A stretch of 64,000 nt of DNA from Candidatus Kapaibacterium sp. (GCA_963664875.1 OY761611.1:1856001-1920000); one strand, 5' to 3'. Counted from the first letter of the stretch, positions 9,003 through 19,511 are shown. Numbers and translations: made by a program. The notes: generated by a model from the sequence alone, not told the origin.

Positions 9003-11186
9003 ATGTCTAAGAAAAAAACAGAAAACGATTCGCAATTAGTGAACTCTTACGAAAGAGTAGTAGAATGGGAAATAATTCAAGACCAACCTATTGGCTCTAC
9101 ATGCCACCATGGCAGAGGTGACTCTTGTAATGTTGACAGAACTAAACTTGACAGATCTAAACCGCCACACGAAACTTTGAATCTTACTAAAGAAGATATG
9201 ATAGCAGCCCTCAAAAACATGATGATGGCTCGATACACTGACGAAAAACACCTAACATTAGTAAAACAAGGCAAATCTTTTTTCCATATTGGCGGTAGCG
9301 GTCACGAAACTGTACAAACTGCAGTAGCTTTAACTCTTCAGAAAAAGAAAGACTGGGGTTGGACTTATTATAGAGATATAGCATTCTCTTACGGTATGGG
9401 CTTTACTCCTAAAGATTACTTCTTACTCGCATTTGGAAAAGCAGATGATCCGGCAACCGGTGGCCGTCAGATGCCGGGACACTTCGGTCATCCGGAACTA
9501 AACCTGCCGACTCAATCTTCTTCCACAGGTACTCAATATTTGAATGCAGTTGGTACCGCACTTGCTTCACGCAAAAACGGAACTGATGAGATTACTTATG
9601 TTGCATCCGGCGAAGGTACTACTTCTCAGGGTGAATTTTATGAAGCAGTTAACTGGGCTACAAGACAGAAACTTCCTGTACTTTTCACCATTCAGGATAA
9701 CGGCTACGCTATTTCTGTACCAAGGGCTGACCAGTCTATGGGTTCAAGCGTCGTGCATTCTTTCTGTTGCTATCCTAATTTATTGATGAAAGAATTCGAC
9801 GGCACTGATTATTTCGAATCTCTCGCAGCTGCACGCGATGTCGCTGAATATATCAGAGCCGGCAAAGGCCCCGCACTTTTACATGCTGTTGTAGAGCGTT
9901 TGCTGCCTCACTCATCTTCTGATGATCAAAGAAAGTATAGAGATGCTGAAGAACTCGAACACGCGAAGGACAAAAAAGACGGTATTAAAAGATTATCAAA
10001 TTATCTTATTGAACATAATTTTGCCACAAAGGAAGAATTAGACAATCTTTGGGAATCAGTTAAAAATGATATAAATGAAGCAGCTGATCAAGCATGGAAT
10101 GCTCCTGATGTAAAAGCAGAAGATTCCACTAAGCACGTTTTTGCTGCTGACGAATCGCGTAACTTACCTTATGCTACTTCGGAGCCTACAGAAGGCGAAC
10201 CTATCGTACTTGTCGATGCAATAAACCATGCCCTCAAAGAAGAGATGGCAAGAAACGACAAAATGCTGATTTTTGGTGAAGATATTGGCGATCCAAAAGG
10301 TGGTGTGTTTACTGCAACTCGCGGCCTGACTGATATGTATGGAAAAGAAAGAGTATTTAACTCCCCATTGGCAGAGGCATCTATCATGGGTGTTGCTCTT
10401 GGTTTGGCAGTAAGAGGATACAAACCTGTAGTCGAAATTCAGTTTGCTGACTATATCTGGCCTGCATTTATGCAGTTTAGAAATGAAATTTCTACAATGA
10501 GATACCGCTCAAATGGCGGATTTAAAGCTCCTGTAGTTACTCGCGTAGCTACTGGTGGTTACATTCATGGTGGCTTGTGTCACTCTCAAAATATCGAAGG
10601 ATTTTTCTCGCATATACCGGGGATTATGATTGCATATCCTTCTAACGCTGCTGACGCTAAAGGCTTACTGAAAACTGCAATCAGAATGGACGACCCTGTA
10701 TTGTTCTTAGAGCATAAAGGTATGTACCGTCTCCCGTTTGCGAGAACTATCGAACCGGATGAAAACTATTTGATTCCGTTTGGTAAAGGTAAAATTATTA
10801 AAGAAGGCACAGATGCTACTGTCGTTACTTGGGGCATGGGAGTTAAAGATTCACTAAATGCTGCTAAGAAAATAGAAAAAGAAACCGGCAAATTAGTTGA
10901 AGTAATTGACTTAAGAACCATCATCCCTTGGGACAAAGAAATGGTACTCGAATCAGTCAAAAAAACCGGTAGAGTTCTTATTCAACACGAAGACACCCTA
11001 ACCGGTGGGTTCGGTGGAGAAATTGCTGCAGTGCTCGCTAAGGAAGCTTTTACTTACTTAGATGCACCTGTGATGAGAAACGCTGCTAAAGATACACATA
11101 TTCCATACGCACCTGTGTATGAAGATGATGTATTACCATCTGAATCTAAAATTTACGCTGATTTGATGGAATTATTGAACTTCTAA
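9003..11186 (+). CDS. 2-oxoacid dehydrogenase E1, fused alpha+beta subunits (likely branched-chain)
   Basis: GEGTTSQG...N ThDP motif, HSSSDD, GEDIG, VVEIQFADY, GHSQ-like CHSQ, EVIDLRT. Confidence 0.92.
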   Translation: MSKKKTENDSQLVNSYERVVEWEIIQDQPIGSTCHHGRGDSCNVDRTKLDRSKPPHETLNLTKEDMIAALKNMMMARYTDEKHLTLVKQGKSFFHIGGSGHETVQTAVALTLQKKKDWGWTYYRDIAFSYGMGFTPKDYFLLAFGKADDPATGGRQMPGHFGHPELNLPTQSSSTGTQYLNAVGTALASRKNGTDEITYVASGEGTTSQGEFYEAVNWATRQKLPVLFTIQDNGYAISVPRADQSMGSSVVHSFCCYPNLLMKEFDGTDYFESLAAARDVAEYIRAGKGPALLHAVVERLLPHSSSDDQRKYRDAEELEHAKDKKDGIKRLSNYLIEHNFATKEELDNLWESVKNDINEAADQAWNAPDVKAEDSTKHVFAADESRNLPYATSEPTEGEPIVLVDAINHALKEEMARNDKMLIFGEDIGDPKGGVFTATRGLTDMYGKERVFNSPLAEASIMGVALGLAVRGYKPVVEIQFADYIWPAFMQFRNEISTMRYRSNGGFKAPVVTRVATGGYIHGGLCHSQNIEGFFSHIPGIMIAYPSNAADAKGLLKTAIRMDDPVLFLEHKGMYRLPFARTIEPDENYLIPFGKGKIIKEGTDATVVTWGMGVKDSLNAAKKIEKETGKLVEVIDLRTIIPWDKEMVLESVKKTGRVLIQHEDTLTGGFGGEIAAVLAKEAFTYLDAPVMRNAAKDTHIPYAPVYEDDVLPSESKIYADLMELLNF

Positions 11187-11207
11187 TTACTGCTTTGAAT
11201 TATATAC

Positions 11208-11249
11208 AAAAACGGGTAATGATTTTGCTTAATCGTTACCCGTTTTTTT
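11208..11249. terminator. Bidirectional terminator
   Basis: AAAAACGGGTAATGATT...AATCGTTACCCGTTTTTTT between convergent genes. Confidence 0.8.
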
Positions 11250-11293
11250 GATTATTTATTTTACCCAAAGGATAAAAATCCAAATCACAGTGC

Positions 11294-12541
11294 CTAATTA
11301 ACAGACGCAGAAAGCTTAATCTTTGTAGCCACATCTTCAAACTTAGTTGTTTCTTTACCAACTAACTTGACATCAGCTTTGCGACCTTGGAAGTCACCTT
11401 CGTAACCGCCTTTGTATTTTTCAACTACTTTTTGAGTTTTATCATAGCTTACGATTTTTTCCTGATTGTAAGAGTAAGCTCTTGCTCCTGCGCAGTAGTG
11501 CTCAGCTACTTTTGCATTTGCTGTGAAAAGGAATTTTTGTTTGCCACTAACAAAATCTACTTCGCGGAAATCAAAATTCTGAGCGTCGTGGAATCTGTCA
11601 AACTCTTTAGTTTCGGCATTGTATCTGTGCTCTTCGATTTTATTTAGTTTCCCGTTGGCATCGTAGCTATATGTAAACTTCATATTTTTTGGAGTCAAAG
11701 TTTCCATCTTGTCGTCATTGTAGCCAATAATACTCACTACTCTACCTTTATCATCTTTTTCAATTTTGTACCATTCTTCTTTAGCGTGGTGTTCGCATTC
11801 TGCTTCGCCGGCTACCATGTGAGTAGGGATGCCTTGTTCGTCGAAATCAGTGTGAGCAACCCATTGCAAATCACCGACTTTAAACTCTTTCTCAGGTTTT
11901 TCGCCGGATTCTTTGATTTTTTCCTGATCTTCTTTTGTGAAATATGCTTTTATTTCATCTACGAAAAATGCAGCATCCTGAGGCCCTTCATGTCTGTATT
12001 CTGGTGCAGGGAAGTATCTGTATTTACTAACCATTTCAACATTTCTTCCCTCAACATTCTTGAACTCAGGGTCTTTGCTGAATTTAGTATATTCTTCAGA
12101 AATAAGATATCCTTTTTCAAAATGATAAACCAATGTATGTGATAGGTTTTCAGAGGCTTGCTCGCCATCGTAAACTGTTTTTTCTAATAAGAAATAGCTA
12201 TGAGGGCAGTATTTTGTAACTACTGTTTCTGTTATAGTTTCGAGTTCTTCTGTTATTTCTTTGATAGGCAGGCGATCTTCACCTAATTCTCTTTTGACAA
12301 CTTTATTGATAGTGCCGTCTTCTGCTTTATATTCTGCTTTAATCCAGAAGAAATCTTCCGGTTTTTCGTAAGTGTATTCAATGATTTCTTTCTCAGTGCC
12401 GTCTTCATTGATAGTTTCAACGATTTTTGTAATAGGTCTGATTTGAGTAATTGTCTCTTCTTCGACCTTAGTTTCCATATTGCCACAAGCAGAAATAAAT
12501 AGCATAGCTGCTAAAAATGCAAGTGATAAATACTTTTGCAT
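11294..12541 (-). CDS. Hypothetical lipoprotein with YD-like beta repeats
   Basis: 415-aa ORF, lipobox-like ISAC after a hydrophobic stretch, YSYDANGKL-type segments, GGGG SD. Confidence 0.7.
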   Translation of the reverse strand: MQKYLSLAFLAAMLFISACGNMETKVEEETITQIRPITKIVETINEDGTEKEIIEYTYEKPEDFFWIKAEYKAEDGTINKVVKRELGEDRLPIKEITEELETITETVVTKYCPHSYFLLEKTVYDGEQASENLSHTLVYHFEKGYLISEEYTKFSKDPEFKNVEGRNVEMVSKYRYFPAPEYRHEGPQDAAFFVDEIKAYFTKEDQEKIKESGEKPEKEFKVGDLQWVAHTDFDEQGIPTHMVAGEAECEHHAKEEWYKIEKDDKGRVVSIIGYNDDKMETLTPKNMKFTYSYDANGKLNKIEEHRYNAETKEFDRFHDAQNFDFREVDFVSGKQKFLFTANAKVAEHYCAGARAYSYNQEKIVSYDKTQKVVEKYKGGYEGDFQGRKADVKLVGKETTKFEDVATKIKLSASVN

Positions 12542-12617
12542 AAATAACCCCTTTGTAAAAAGTATGATTTGAATAATAACTAAATTTACACATTAGACTT
12601 GTAAGAAACAAAGAATT

Positions 12618-13973
12618 ATGATAAAAAATAGAATCTTTTGCCTAAATAGTATTCCTGTTCGAAAGGGTACTGTGATTTATCTTATGAGCAGAGACCAAAG
12701 AGTTGCTTATAATCATGCCCTACTGTATGCTATCGAAATCGCAAATTCGACTAAATCTGATTTGATTGTCTGCTTCAATTTGATGAGCAATTTTCTGAAT
12801 GCACCCCTTAGACATTTTGACTTTATGCTGCAGGGATTAAAGGAGACTGCAAAGGAGCTGGAGCTACTTAATATTCCTTTTACGATACTCTTTGGCGATG
12901 CAGGATCTAATATTCCATCCCTAATAGAACAAGCTCAGGCAGGGCTTCTTATTACAGATTTTGATCCGCTTAAAATCAAAGTTGAAAGAAATAATAAGAT
13001 TTTGGCAAAGATAAATATTGCTTTCCATGAGGTGGATACCCATAATATTATTCCTGCAAGATTCATTTCTCAGAAGGAAGAATTTGCGGCTTACACTTTG
13101 CGTCCTAAAATAAACAAGCTCAAAGCTGACTATCTCGAAAAAATGCCGGTTGTTGAAAGGTTTGACTTCGCTCGTAGTTCTGATTTAAATAACATTCAAC
13201 AATTCGATAAGATTGATTATTCCAAATTTGATAATTCAGTTTCCACTTTAACAACTATTAAGCCCGGGAGAAATGCAGCACTCGCAACCCTCGACGAATT
13301 TGTAAAATACAAACTAAAACACTATCACACATTAAGGAATCACCCTGAAACTGACTATCAGTCAGACCTGTCCCCGTATTTACACTTTGGAAATATATCT
13401 TCCCTTGAAACAGTACTTCGAGTCATGGAGGCAGATGCACCACAAGAAGCTAAGGATTCTTTTATAGAAGAAATCTTTGTTCGTAAAGAGCTTGCTGATA
13501 ACTTTTGTCTTTACAATAGCAATTACGACAACAGCCTCGGTTTCAAGGACTGGGCAAAACAGACACTTGCACAGCACCAACAGGATAGACGTGATTATCT
13601 CTATACTCTAAGTCAACTCGAACATGCAACTACGCATGATGTGTTTTGGAATGCAGCACAGATGGAAATGGTAACTAATGGAAAAATGCACGGCTATATG
13701 AGAATGTATTGGGCAAAAAAAATATTAGAATGGACTGAGTCTCCGGAGCAAGCTATGAGCTTTGCTATCTATCTCAATGACAGATATAGTATTGACGGCA
13801 GAGACCCTAACGGATACACAGGCATTGCTTGGAGCATTGGCGGCATACATGACAGAGCCTGGCAGGAACGCCCCATCTTTGGGAAAATACGTTATATGAA
13901 CGATAAAGGACTTACACGGAAATTTGATATGGAAGCATATCTCAGAAAAGTAAAACTAATAAAACTTATATGA
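12618..13973 (+). CDS. phr: Class II CPD DNA photolyase
   Basis: MSRDQR, LSPYLHFG, HGYMRMYWAKKILEW, DGRDPNGY, IFGKIRYMN. Confidence 0.95.
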   Translation: MIKNRIFCLNSIPVRKGTVIYLMSRDQRVAYNHALLYAIEIANSTKSDLIVCFNLMSNFLNAPLRHFDFMLQGLKETAKELELLNIPFTILFGDAGSNIPSLIEQAQAGLLITDFDPLKIKVERNNKILAKINIAFHEVDTHNIIPARFISQKEEFAAYTLRPKINKLKADYLEKMPVVERFDFARSSDLNNIQQFDKIDYSKFDNSVSTLTTIKPGRNAALATLDEFVKYKLKHYHTLRNHPETDYQSDLSPYLHFGNISSLETVLRVMEADAPQEAKDSFIEEIFVRKELADNFCLYNSNYDNSLGFKDWAKQTLAQHQQDRRDYLYTLSQLEHATTHDVFWNAAQMEMVTNGKMHGYMRMYWAKKILEWTESPEQAMSFAIYLNDRYSIDGRDPNGYTGIAWSIGGIHDRAWQERPIFGKIRYMNDKGLTRKFDMEAYLRKVKLIKLI

Positions 13974-14612
13974 CCAATTGATCCCAAAAATGCTGACAGT
14001 TTTATCTCTATGCAGCATATCTTCGAACATATAGCTTAGTTCTATATCGGAAAATCGGGTGATTTCTACCTGAGCACCTATTGCATAGCGTGCTTTATAG
14101 ATTCTTCCTTTATCTTCTCCGAGAGAGCTGTAAAATAAATCAACTGACACGAAAGGTTCCAACTTTTTGTCGTATTTGTATGCAATTTCAAACTTATTTC
14201 TATACTGCTCGGGCGAATCCGTGAGTTCGGAGTATTTCCTGTGATAGCGCAATCTATACGAAAAGTCAAAATCGCCTAATTCAAAACCAGTCGAGATGTT
14301 CCCATACAGCTCATGTCGGGCGTAAGAGCTGAATGATCTATATCTATAAGCACTGCTAATCTTTAAAAAGTCAAACAAATCATAGGACAAAGAAAAATCT
14401 GTTACACTTTGCCCAAAAGAATTGATATTATTATCAAATCGAAATTCCTGTGCTACTGCAAATTCAAAATCATTGGATATAACATAAGACAACTCCACGC
14501 CTGACCATAGCTCAGAATCAGTATTTGCTTTTTCGATGGGTTGCGAAAACGCAGGCACAGCCATCATTAGCAACAAAAAACTAATTATACCTGTTAACTT
14601 TTTCATCTTCAA
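13956..14612 (-). CDS. DUF2490-like outer-membrane beta-barrel protein
   Basis: Signal peptide, alternating aromatic beta-strands, YRLRY/YRNKF motifs, terminal aromatic residues. Confidence 0.7.
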   Translation of the reverse strand: MKMKKLTGIISFLLLMMAVPAFSQPIEKANTDSELWSGVELSYVISNDFEFAVAQEFRFDNNINSFGQSVTDFSLSYDLFDFLKISSAYRYRSFSSYARHELYGNISTGFELGDFDFSYRLRYHRKYSELTDSPEQYRNKFEIAYKYDKKLEPFVSVDLFYSSLGEDKGRIYKARYAIGAQVEITRFSDIELSYMFEDMLHRDKTVSIFGINWSYKFY

Positions 14613-15210
14613 AATAGAATATCTTGATTTGTGCTACATCTCTAAGAAAATCAATTTTACCAACTTCTGCACGGTGTATCTTCAACCCTGTTCTTTCTCT
14701 GAGATCTTCGATAAGTTGGTCATAATTCTCAGGTTTTATCAGATCGATTTTCTCATACAGCACTTCTCTTTTATACTCGTTTTTGACCCATGTTTTTTCC
14801 AATACAAAGGCAAACGAAATCAAAGCTATATTTGGAAAAAGCAGCTCCGCAAAGCTAATGCTTCCTGCAGTGAGCGAATTGATAATAGCCACACTTAAAG
14901 AAATAAACATATAGGTCATTTCTTTGATAGGCACGGTAGTTGTTCGATATCTCAAAATAGAGAATATAGCAAAAACACCAAAAGCAAAACCAATGGATAT
15001 TTTGGCACTGCTTAGCAAATAGCAGACAAAAAATACGACAAGATTGAAGATAAACAAAGTAAACAGATAATCTCTGTTTTGACGCAGCTTATAGTATATC
15101 AGCCTTGCTATTATATAAATCACTATTAAATTGAAAAAGAAACGAAATGCTAAACTGCCAAAGCCGGCAGCGTTAAATATATCCATCCCAATTAAGTCGC
15201 TAAAATTCAT
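14581..15210 (-). CDS. DUF4956 membrane protein
   Basis: GFAFGVFAIFSILRYRT, KEMTYMF and LIEDLRERTG motifs; adjacent to a VTC gene. Confidence 0.85.
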   Translation of the reverse strand: MNFSDLIGMDIFNAAGFGSLAFRFFFNLIVIYIIARLIYYKLRQNRDYLFTLFIFNLVVFFVCYLLSSAKISIGFAFGVFAIFSILRYRTTTVPIKEMTYMFISLSVAIINSLTAGSISFAELLFPNIALISFAFVLEKTWVKNEYKREVLYEKIDLIKPENYDQLIEDLRERTGLKIHRAEVGKIDFLRDVAQIKIFYFEDEKVNRYN

Positions 15211-15985
15211 AGTTTGAATCGCAAAGTTGGTTAATATAAAGTATCTTTTCTTTAAAACGATTGTATTTCACACCCGGAGTAGTCAAAACTATTCCCAGAC
15301 AGTATTTACTGATTTTTACAGGGCGAATGCCTTGCTGTTTCAAAATATTCGTAAATACTGTATGTGGTTTTAGTCTATCTAACTTTATTTCTATAATTGC
15401 CAAATCTTCCAGATGCTTTGTATTATTATAATTGTCAAAATTTAGATTATAGTCCAGAGTAATTTTTTCTTTTGATTCTAAATTCATCAAAGTTATTCTA
15501 TTGTAAGATATATCCAAAGTTGGGAACAGATTGTCTGCACTAATACCCAGTGAGTTTAGTATTATCTGATCTGCTCCTCCATTTATGCTTGTTTCAAAAC
15601 CCTTTTTGTTCATCCTTGTTTTTTCAGTCTTACTTTTGTTGGTCTTGAATTTCATCTCAAAAAAGTATCTGTCTATATCTACATAATGTCTGTATCTTAC
15701 TTTGTATCTATTGAGTTTGCCACTATGATGGATATTATACAGCATCAAATCTTTCGTATCAAAATATTGATTTTGGTACTCAAAATCACGTTTACCATCT
15801 ATATCTAAAACCTTATAATCAGATACAACAGAGGTAAGGACATCAATCAGTTGAGACTTTTTGACAATATATTTCGAATCATACCTATTGAGAAGCTTCA
15901 GGTTTTCCAAATCACCCAAAGAAGCAGGCTCAAAATCGGAATACAGTTTATCGTGTAACTTATTATTTAGTATATCTTTTTCCAT
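15200..15985 (-). CDS. VTC-domain (polyphosphate polymerase-like, CYTH fold) protein
   Basis: RYDSKY, YFDT, RYKVRYRHY, FFEMKFK, ITLD, IIEIK and ISKYC motifs. Confidence 0.87.
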   Translation of the reverse strand: MEKDILNNKLHDKLYSDFEPASLGDLENLKLLNRYDSKYIVKKSQLIDVLTSVVSDYKVLDIDGKRDFEYQNQYFDTKDLMLYNIHHSGKLNRYKVRYRHYVDIDRYFFEMKFKTNKSKTEKTRMNKKGFETSINGGADQIILNSLGISADNLFPTLDISYNRITLMNLESKEKITLDYNLNFDNYNNTKHLEDLAIIEIKLDRLKPHTVFTNILKQQGIRPVKISKYCLGIVLTTPGVKYNRFKEKILYINQLCDSNYEF

Positions 15986-16201
15986 AAATCTCTTAAAACA
16001 GCTCAAAAATCATGTTGGTGTTTATTGTAATCTATCATCCTGAAAATTTTTCCGTCATTTATTCTCACATCAATATAAACACCCCAGAGGCTAAAAGGTT
16101 TAGCTGAATTGCTAAAATAATTTTACAATTTACAAAATTTGAACATATAAATCTATAATATGCCAATAATTCGTAAAATTACTTGCTTTGTGTATTTGTG
16201 G

Positions 16202-16585
16202 TTAAATAATTTTGGAGCTTTGAAATCCGAGGTAGGCTAAAAGGATTCCACCAAAAAGAGAGAGGGACATATTCATAATTGCCTGTAATATTTGCCCGTC
16301 TATAAGCAGTTTGAGATTATCCAGACTAAATGAGGAAAACGTAGTAAACCCTCCTAATACTCCTACTATGAGAAACAAAGTAAATTTCTCATCAATATTA
16401 GGATTGTTGCTAAAGATACCCCAGAGCAAACCAATCAGATAAGAACCTGACAAATTTGCAAGCAGCACTCCAAAAGGGAATCTGTCGTTAGATAGCAGTC
16501 CGGATACAGCCAAGCCAAGCAAATACCTTGCTATTGCACCAAAAAAGCCACCTAAACCTACTAATAATATATTCATCATTGACAA
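16202..16585 (-). CDS. crcB: Fluoride channel CrcB/Fluc
   Basis: GGFFGAIARY, ANLSGS and GGFTTFSSF motifs. Confidence 0.95.
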   Translation of the reverse strand: MSMMNILLVGLGGFFGAIARYLLGLAVSGLLSNDRFPFGVLLANLSGSYLIGLLWGIFSNNPNIDEKFTLFLIVGVLGGFTTFSSFSLDNLKLLIDGQILQAIMNMSLSLFGGILLAYLGFQSSKII

Positions 16586-16664
16586 TATTGAACTTTGTTT
16601 TACGATATAAATATTTTATCTTGTATAGACGCAAATATAAGGAAATTTACCAAAAGGAGACATC

Positions 16665-17228
16665 ATGCTGAAAAGATACCTGATTTTAGCTTTACTATGT
16701 TTTGTTTCATTGCCCGCATTTGCTCAAAAGGGCGAAACATATAACGAGGACGTACCAAGCCTTTACGGAATCCATGCAGAACTGGGCTACGGTGCACCCG
16801 GCTTAGGTGCAGGACTCGGCTTTAGATACGAGTTTTTTAGCTTTACAGTAGGGCTTTCTGGATTTGCCAATTCTATTCCTAATTATCTTTCTTACAAAGA
16901 AGGAGAAAACTTGCAGCTCAATCAACCTTTGCCCGGAGGCTATGTCCAAGAAGAATATGAAGCTATCGTAGTTTCATTTGATGCTGCATATAATCATGAA
17001 TTTGATTGGGGTAATGTTTATGCCGGAGTTGGTTTTTATTCGCAGCAGGATACCGTTCTGGCAAAAGAAGTCAAAACAGGAGATTACTACACTCGAGGCG
17101 TTATCAACTCCAGCGGTATTTGCTTCAACTTTGGAGCAGATTATTACTGGTCTGAAAATATAGGTATTGGTTTAGCTATTCACACCAAAAAAGGTATCTT
17201 GGCGAGATTTTCTTACTATTGGTGGTAA
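16665..17228 (+). CDS. Hypothetical secreted/outer-membrane beta-barrel protein
   Basis: AFA signal peptide, amphipathic strands, ends in YYWW; AAGGAG SD. Confidence 0.65.
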   Translation: MLKRYLILALLCFVSLPAFAQKGETYNEDVPSLYGIHAELGYGAPGLGAGLGFRYEFFSFTVGLSGFANSIPNYLSYKEGENLQLNQPLPGGYVQEEYEAIVVSFDAAYNHEFDWGNVYAGVGFYSQQDTVLAKEVKTGDYYTRGVINSSGICFNFGADYYWSENIGIGLAIHTKKGILARFSYYWW

Positions 17229-17265
17229 GCTTCTTACCTTACTAATGATTAGTGGAATATGTACC

Positions 17266-17303
17266 AAAAAGAGGCACCCTTTGCTGTAGTGTCTCTTTTT
17301 TTT
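17266..17303 (+). terminator. Rho-independent terminator
   Basis: AAAAAGAGGCAC...GTGTCTCTTTTTTTT. Confidence 0.7.
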
Positions 17304-17329
17304 ATATATATCAACATCATAAAAATAAG

Positions 17330-17338
17330 TTATCCACA
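17330..17338 (+). promoter_or_regulatory. Perfect DnaA box upstream of dnaA
   Basis: TTATCCACA; a second near-consensus box TGTGGAAAA lies at 17755-17763. Confidence 0.65.
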
Positions 17339-18053
17339 ATTCGACACCTATAAGTTCTTTGAATGTTTACCTGATTCCATTTTTCCTGTTTATCTAAGTT
17401 TTGCTTTTATAAGCCATTCTGACAACAAAATATCCATTATTTTTATATTTTTTGATGTTACTTTTAGAATTTTACAATATATTTTGTCTTCAAACGATTG
17501 TTAATTTTTTTAACTTTTTAGCACATTCTAAGGCAGACCTAAAATGAATGAGAATTCAAGCCGAAATATTATTTTGAAAGAACTGAATAACAGCTCTATT
17601 TTCTTGTATATCAGTCATTTATAGGTATATTTACTTTCTGATACTCAAAATTCTTTGCCCTCAGAATATATTTTATTTGTAAATTGAGTATTAAGAAAAA
17701 GCCGCATTCTTAAGCGATTTTCGCAAGGCGTTGAAATAAAGAAGGATAAGTAAATGTGGAAAAATGCAAGAAAAAAAAGTTTCTTTTAGAATATTTTTTT
17801 CTTGTCAAAGTCAAAAAAAAATCCCATTTTGGAAACCATGATAATGAGATTGCCAAGAAGGCTTTGCTATTATCTGTTGGCTATATTTGATACAAAAGCA
17901 TAACAACGTTTTACAAAAAAATCTAAACAAAAGCTTTCCCCCATAAAAAAGTTTTTGTATGGATTTTTAACCCCCAATATTTAAAACGGTTTGCTTTTAT
18001 ATCAAACTAAAAAAAATTGTGTGTGTCTGTAAACCAAATTAAAAGAAGTAAAA

Positions 18054-19511
18054 GTGAAATCTATTGATACTTTATCACTGTTCCCAAAAGCAGAGGTCAG
18101 GAATACTCGCATTAAACCCAAAAGCCAGATTGTACCTGACAAAGAGGCTGTTTTATATTGGGAAAAATGTTTAAACATTATCCAAGATAATGTTTCACCT
18201 CATATTTTTGACACTTGGTTTAAACCTATACAAGCCCTCAAATGGGAAAACAATACATTGACGGTGCTTGCACCAAGTACTTTCTTCTACGAATGGATAG
18301 AAACCAAGTTTAATAATCTTTTGAGAGTTACTATTGACAAAGTTATCGGTCATAATGCTAAACTTAATTATGACATCGTAGTTGATAACAGCTCTCAGGC
18401 TCCTGATAAATTGACTTTAAAAATTCCTGCATTTCAGCATGGCAAAGAGTCTGCGGATTTGATTAAACCTGTAAAAGAGTCTTTCGAATCTAATCTGCAC
18501 CACCGCTATTCGCTTGATAATTATATTACCGGTGATGCTAACCAATTGGCAGCTTCTGCAGCAATGGCTGTAAGCCAAAATCCTGGAGGCACCCGTTTCA
18601 ATCCTTTGGTTGTCTATGGCGATACAGGATTAGGCAAAACTCACCTCGTGCAGGGTATTGGCAATAAAATAATTCAAAGTCGCCCTGATGCTAAGGTACT
18701 TTATACTAATTCAGAAAAATTTACAATGGACTTTATCAGTGCTATCCAAAACAATAGCACAACTGACTTCATAAATCACTACAGAAGCGTTGATGTCCTA
18801 ATTGTAGATGATATTCAGTTCTTTGCCGGCAAAGAGAAAACTCAGGATAATTTCTTCCATACTTTCAATGCTTTGCACCAGGCAGGCAAACAGCTTATTC
18901 TGACTTCAGACGTAGCTCCTAAAGAGCTTAAAGATGTTGACGATAGACTTATTTCAAGATTCCAATGGGGATTGACTGTGGATATTCAGTCGCCTGACCT
19001 TGAAATGAGAATGGCGATTCTTCAGAAAAAATCCTTAGACGAAGGTCTGGAGCTTCCTGTTGAAATCTTAGAATTTATAGCAAGAAACATTACCAGTAGC
19101 ATTCGCGAACTCGAAGGCGTTCTAATCAGCCTAATTGCGAAAGTTACTTTGGACAAACGCCAGCTTAATATGGATGTTGCTAAAGAAGTAGTGTACGGTG
19201 TTGCTAACGTAAGACCAAAAACTCTAACTATAGACGACATCAAAGACGTTGTCTCAGCTTATTATAAATTGCCTGTCGAGATTTTAGAATCAAAATCAAG
19301 AAAGCATGAAATAGCTTTGGCTCGCCAAATGTCTATGTATCTGACCAAGCAGCTTACTCAGATGTCGCTCAAATCAATTGGCCAGAGCTTTGGCGGTAGA
19401 GATCACTCTACAGTGCTTCACTCTTGCCAAACCATTGAAAACTATCTCGTTACAGACAAAACTGTCAAAAACTCTTACGAGATGCTTTTCAGACAGCTAA
19501 AAGGTGAGTAA
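18054..19511 (+). CDS. dnaA: Chromosomal replication initiator DnaA
   Basis: FNPLVVYGDTGLGKTHL, LIVDDIQF, RLISRF, RELEG, FGGRDHSTVLHS. Confidence 0.99.
   Translation: MKSIDTLSLFPKAEVRNTRIKPKSQIVPDKEAVLYWEKCLNIIQDNVSPHIFDTWFKPIQALKWENNTLTVLAPSTFFYEWIETKFNNLLRVTIDKVIGHNAKLNYDIVVDNSSQAPDKLTLKIPAFQHGKESADLIKPVKESFESNLHHRYSLDNYITGDANQLAASAAMAVSQNPGGTRFNPLVVYGDTGLGKTHLVQGIGNKIIQSRPDAKVLYTNSEKFTMDFISAIQNNSTTDFINHYRSVDVLIVDDIQFFAGKEKTQDNFFHTFNALHQAGKQLILTSDVAPKELKDVDDRLISRFQWGLTVDIQSPDLEMRMAILQKKSLDEGLELPVEILEFIARNITSSIRELEGVLISLIAKVTLDKRQLNMDVAKEVVYGVANVRPKTLTIDDIKDVVSAYYKLPVEILESKSRKHEIALARQMSMYLTKQLTQMSLKSIGQSFGGRDHSTVLHSCQTIENYLVTDKTVKNSYEMLFRQLKGE

Noticed and set aside
13956-13973. Convergent overlap of the photolyase and DUF2490 3' ends
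   Set aside because: An 18-nt tail-to-tail overlap is common in compact genomes
16586-16664. Fluoride riboswitch upstream of crcB
   Set aside because: No GGCGATGG-type consensus or suitable structure in this short AT-rich spacer
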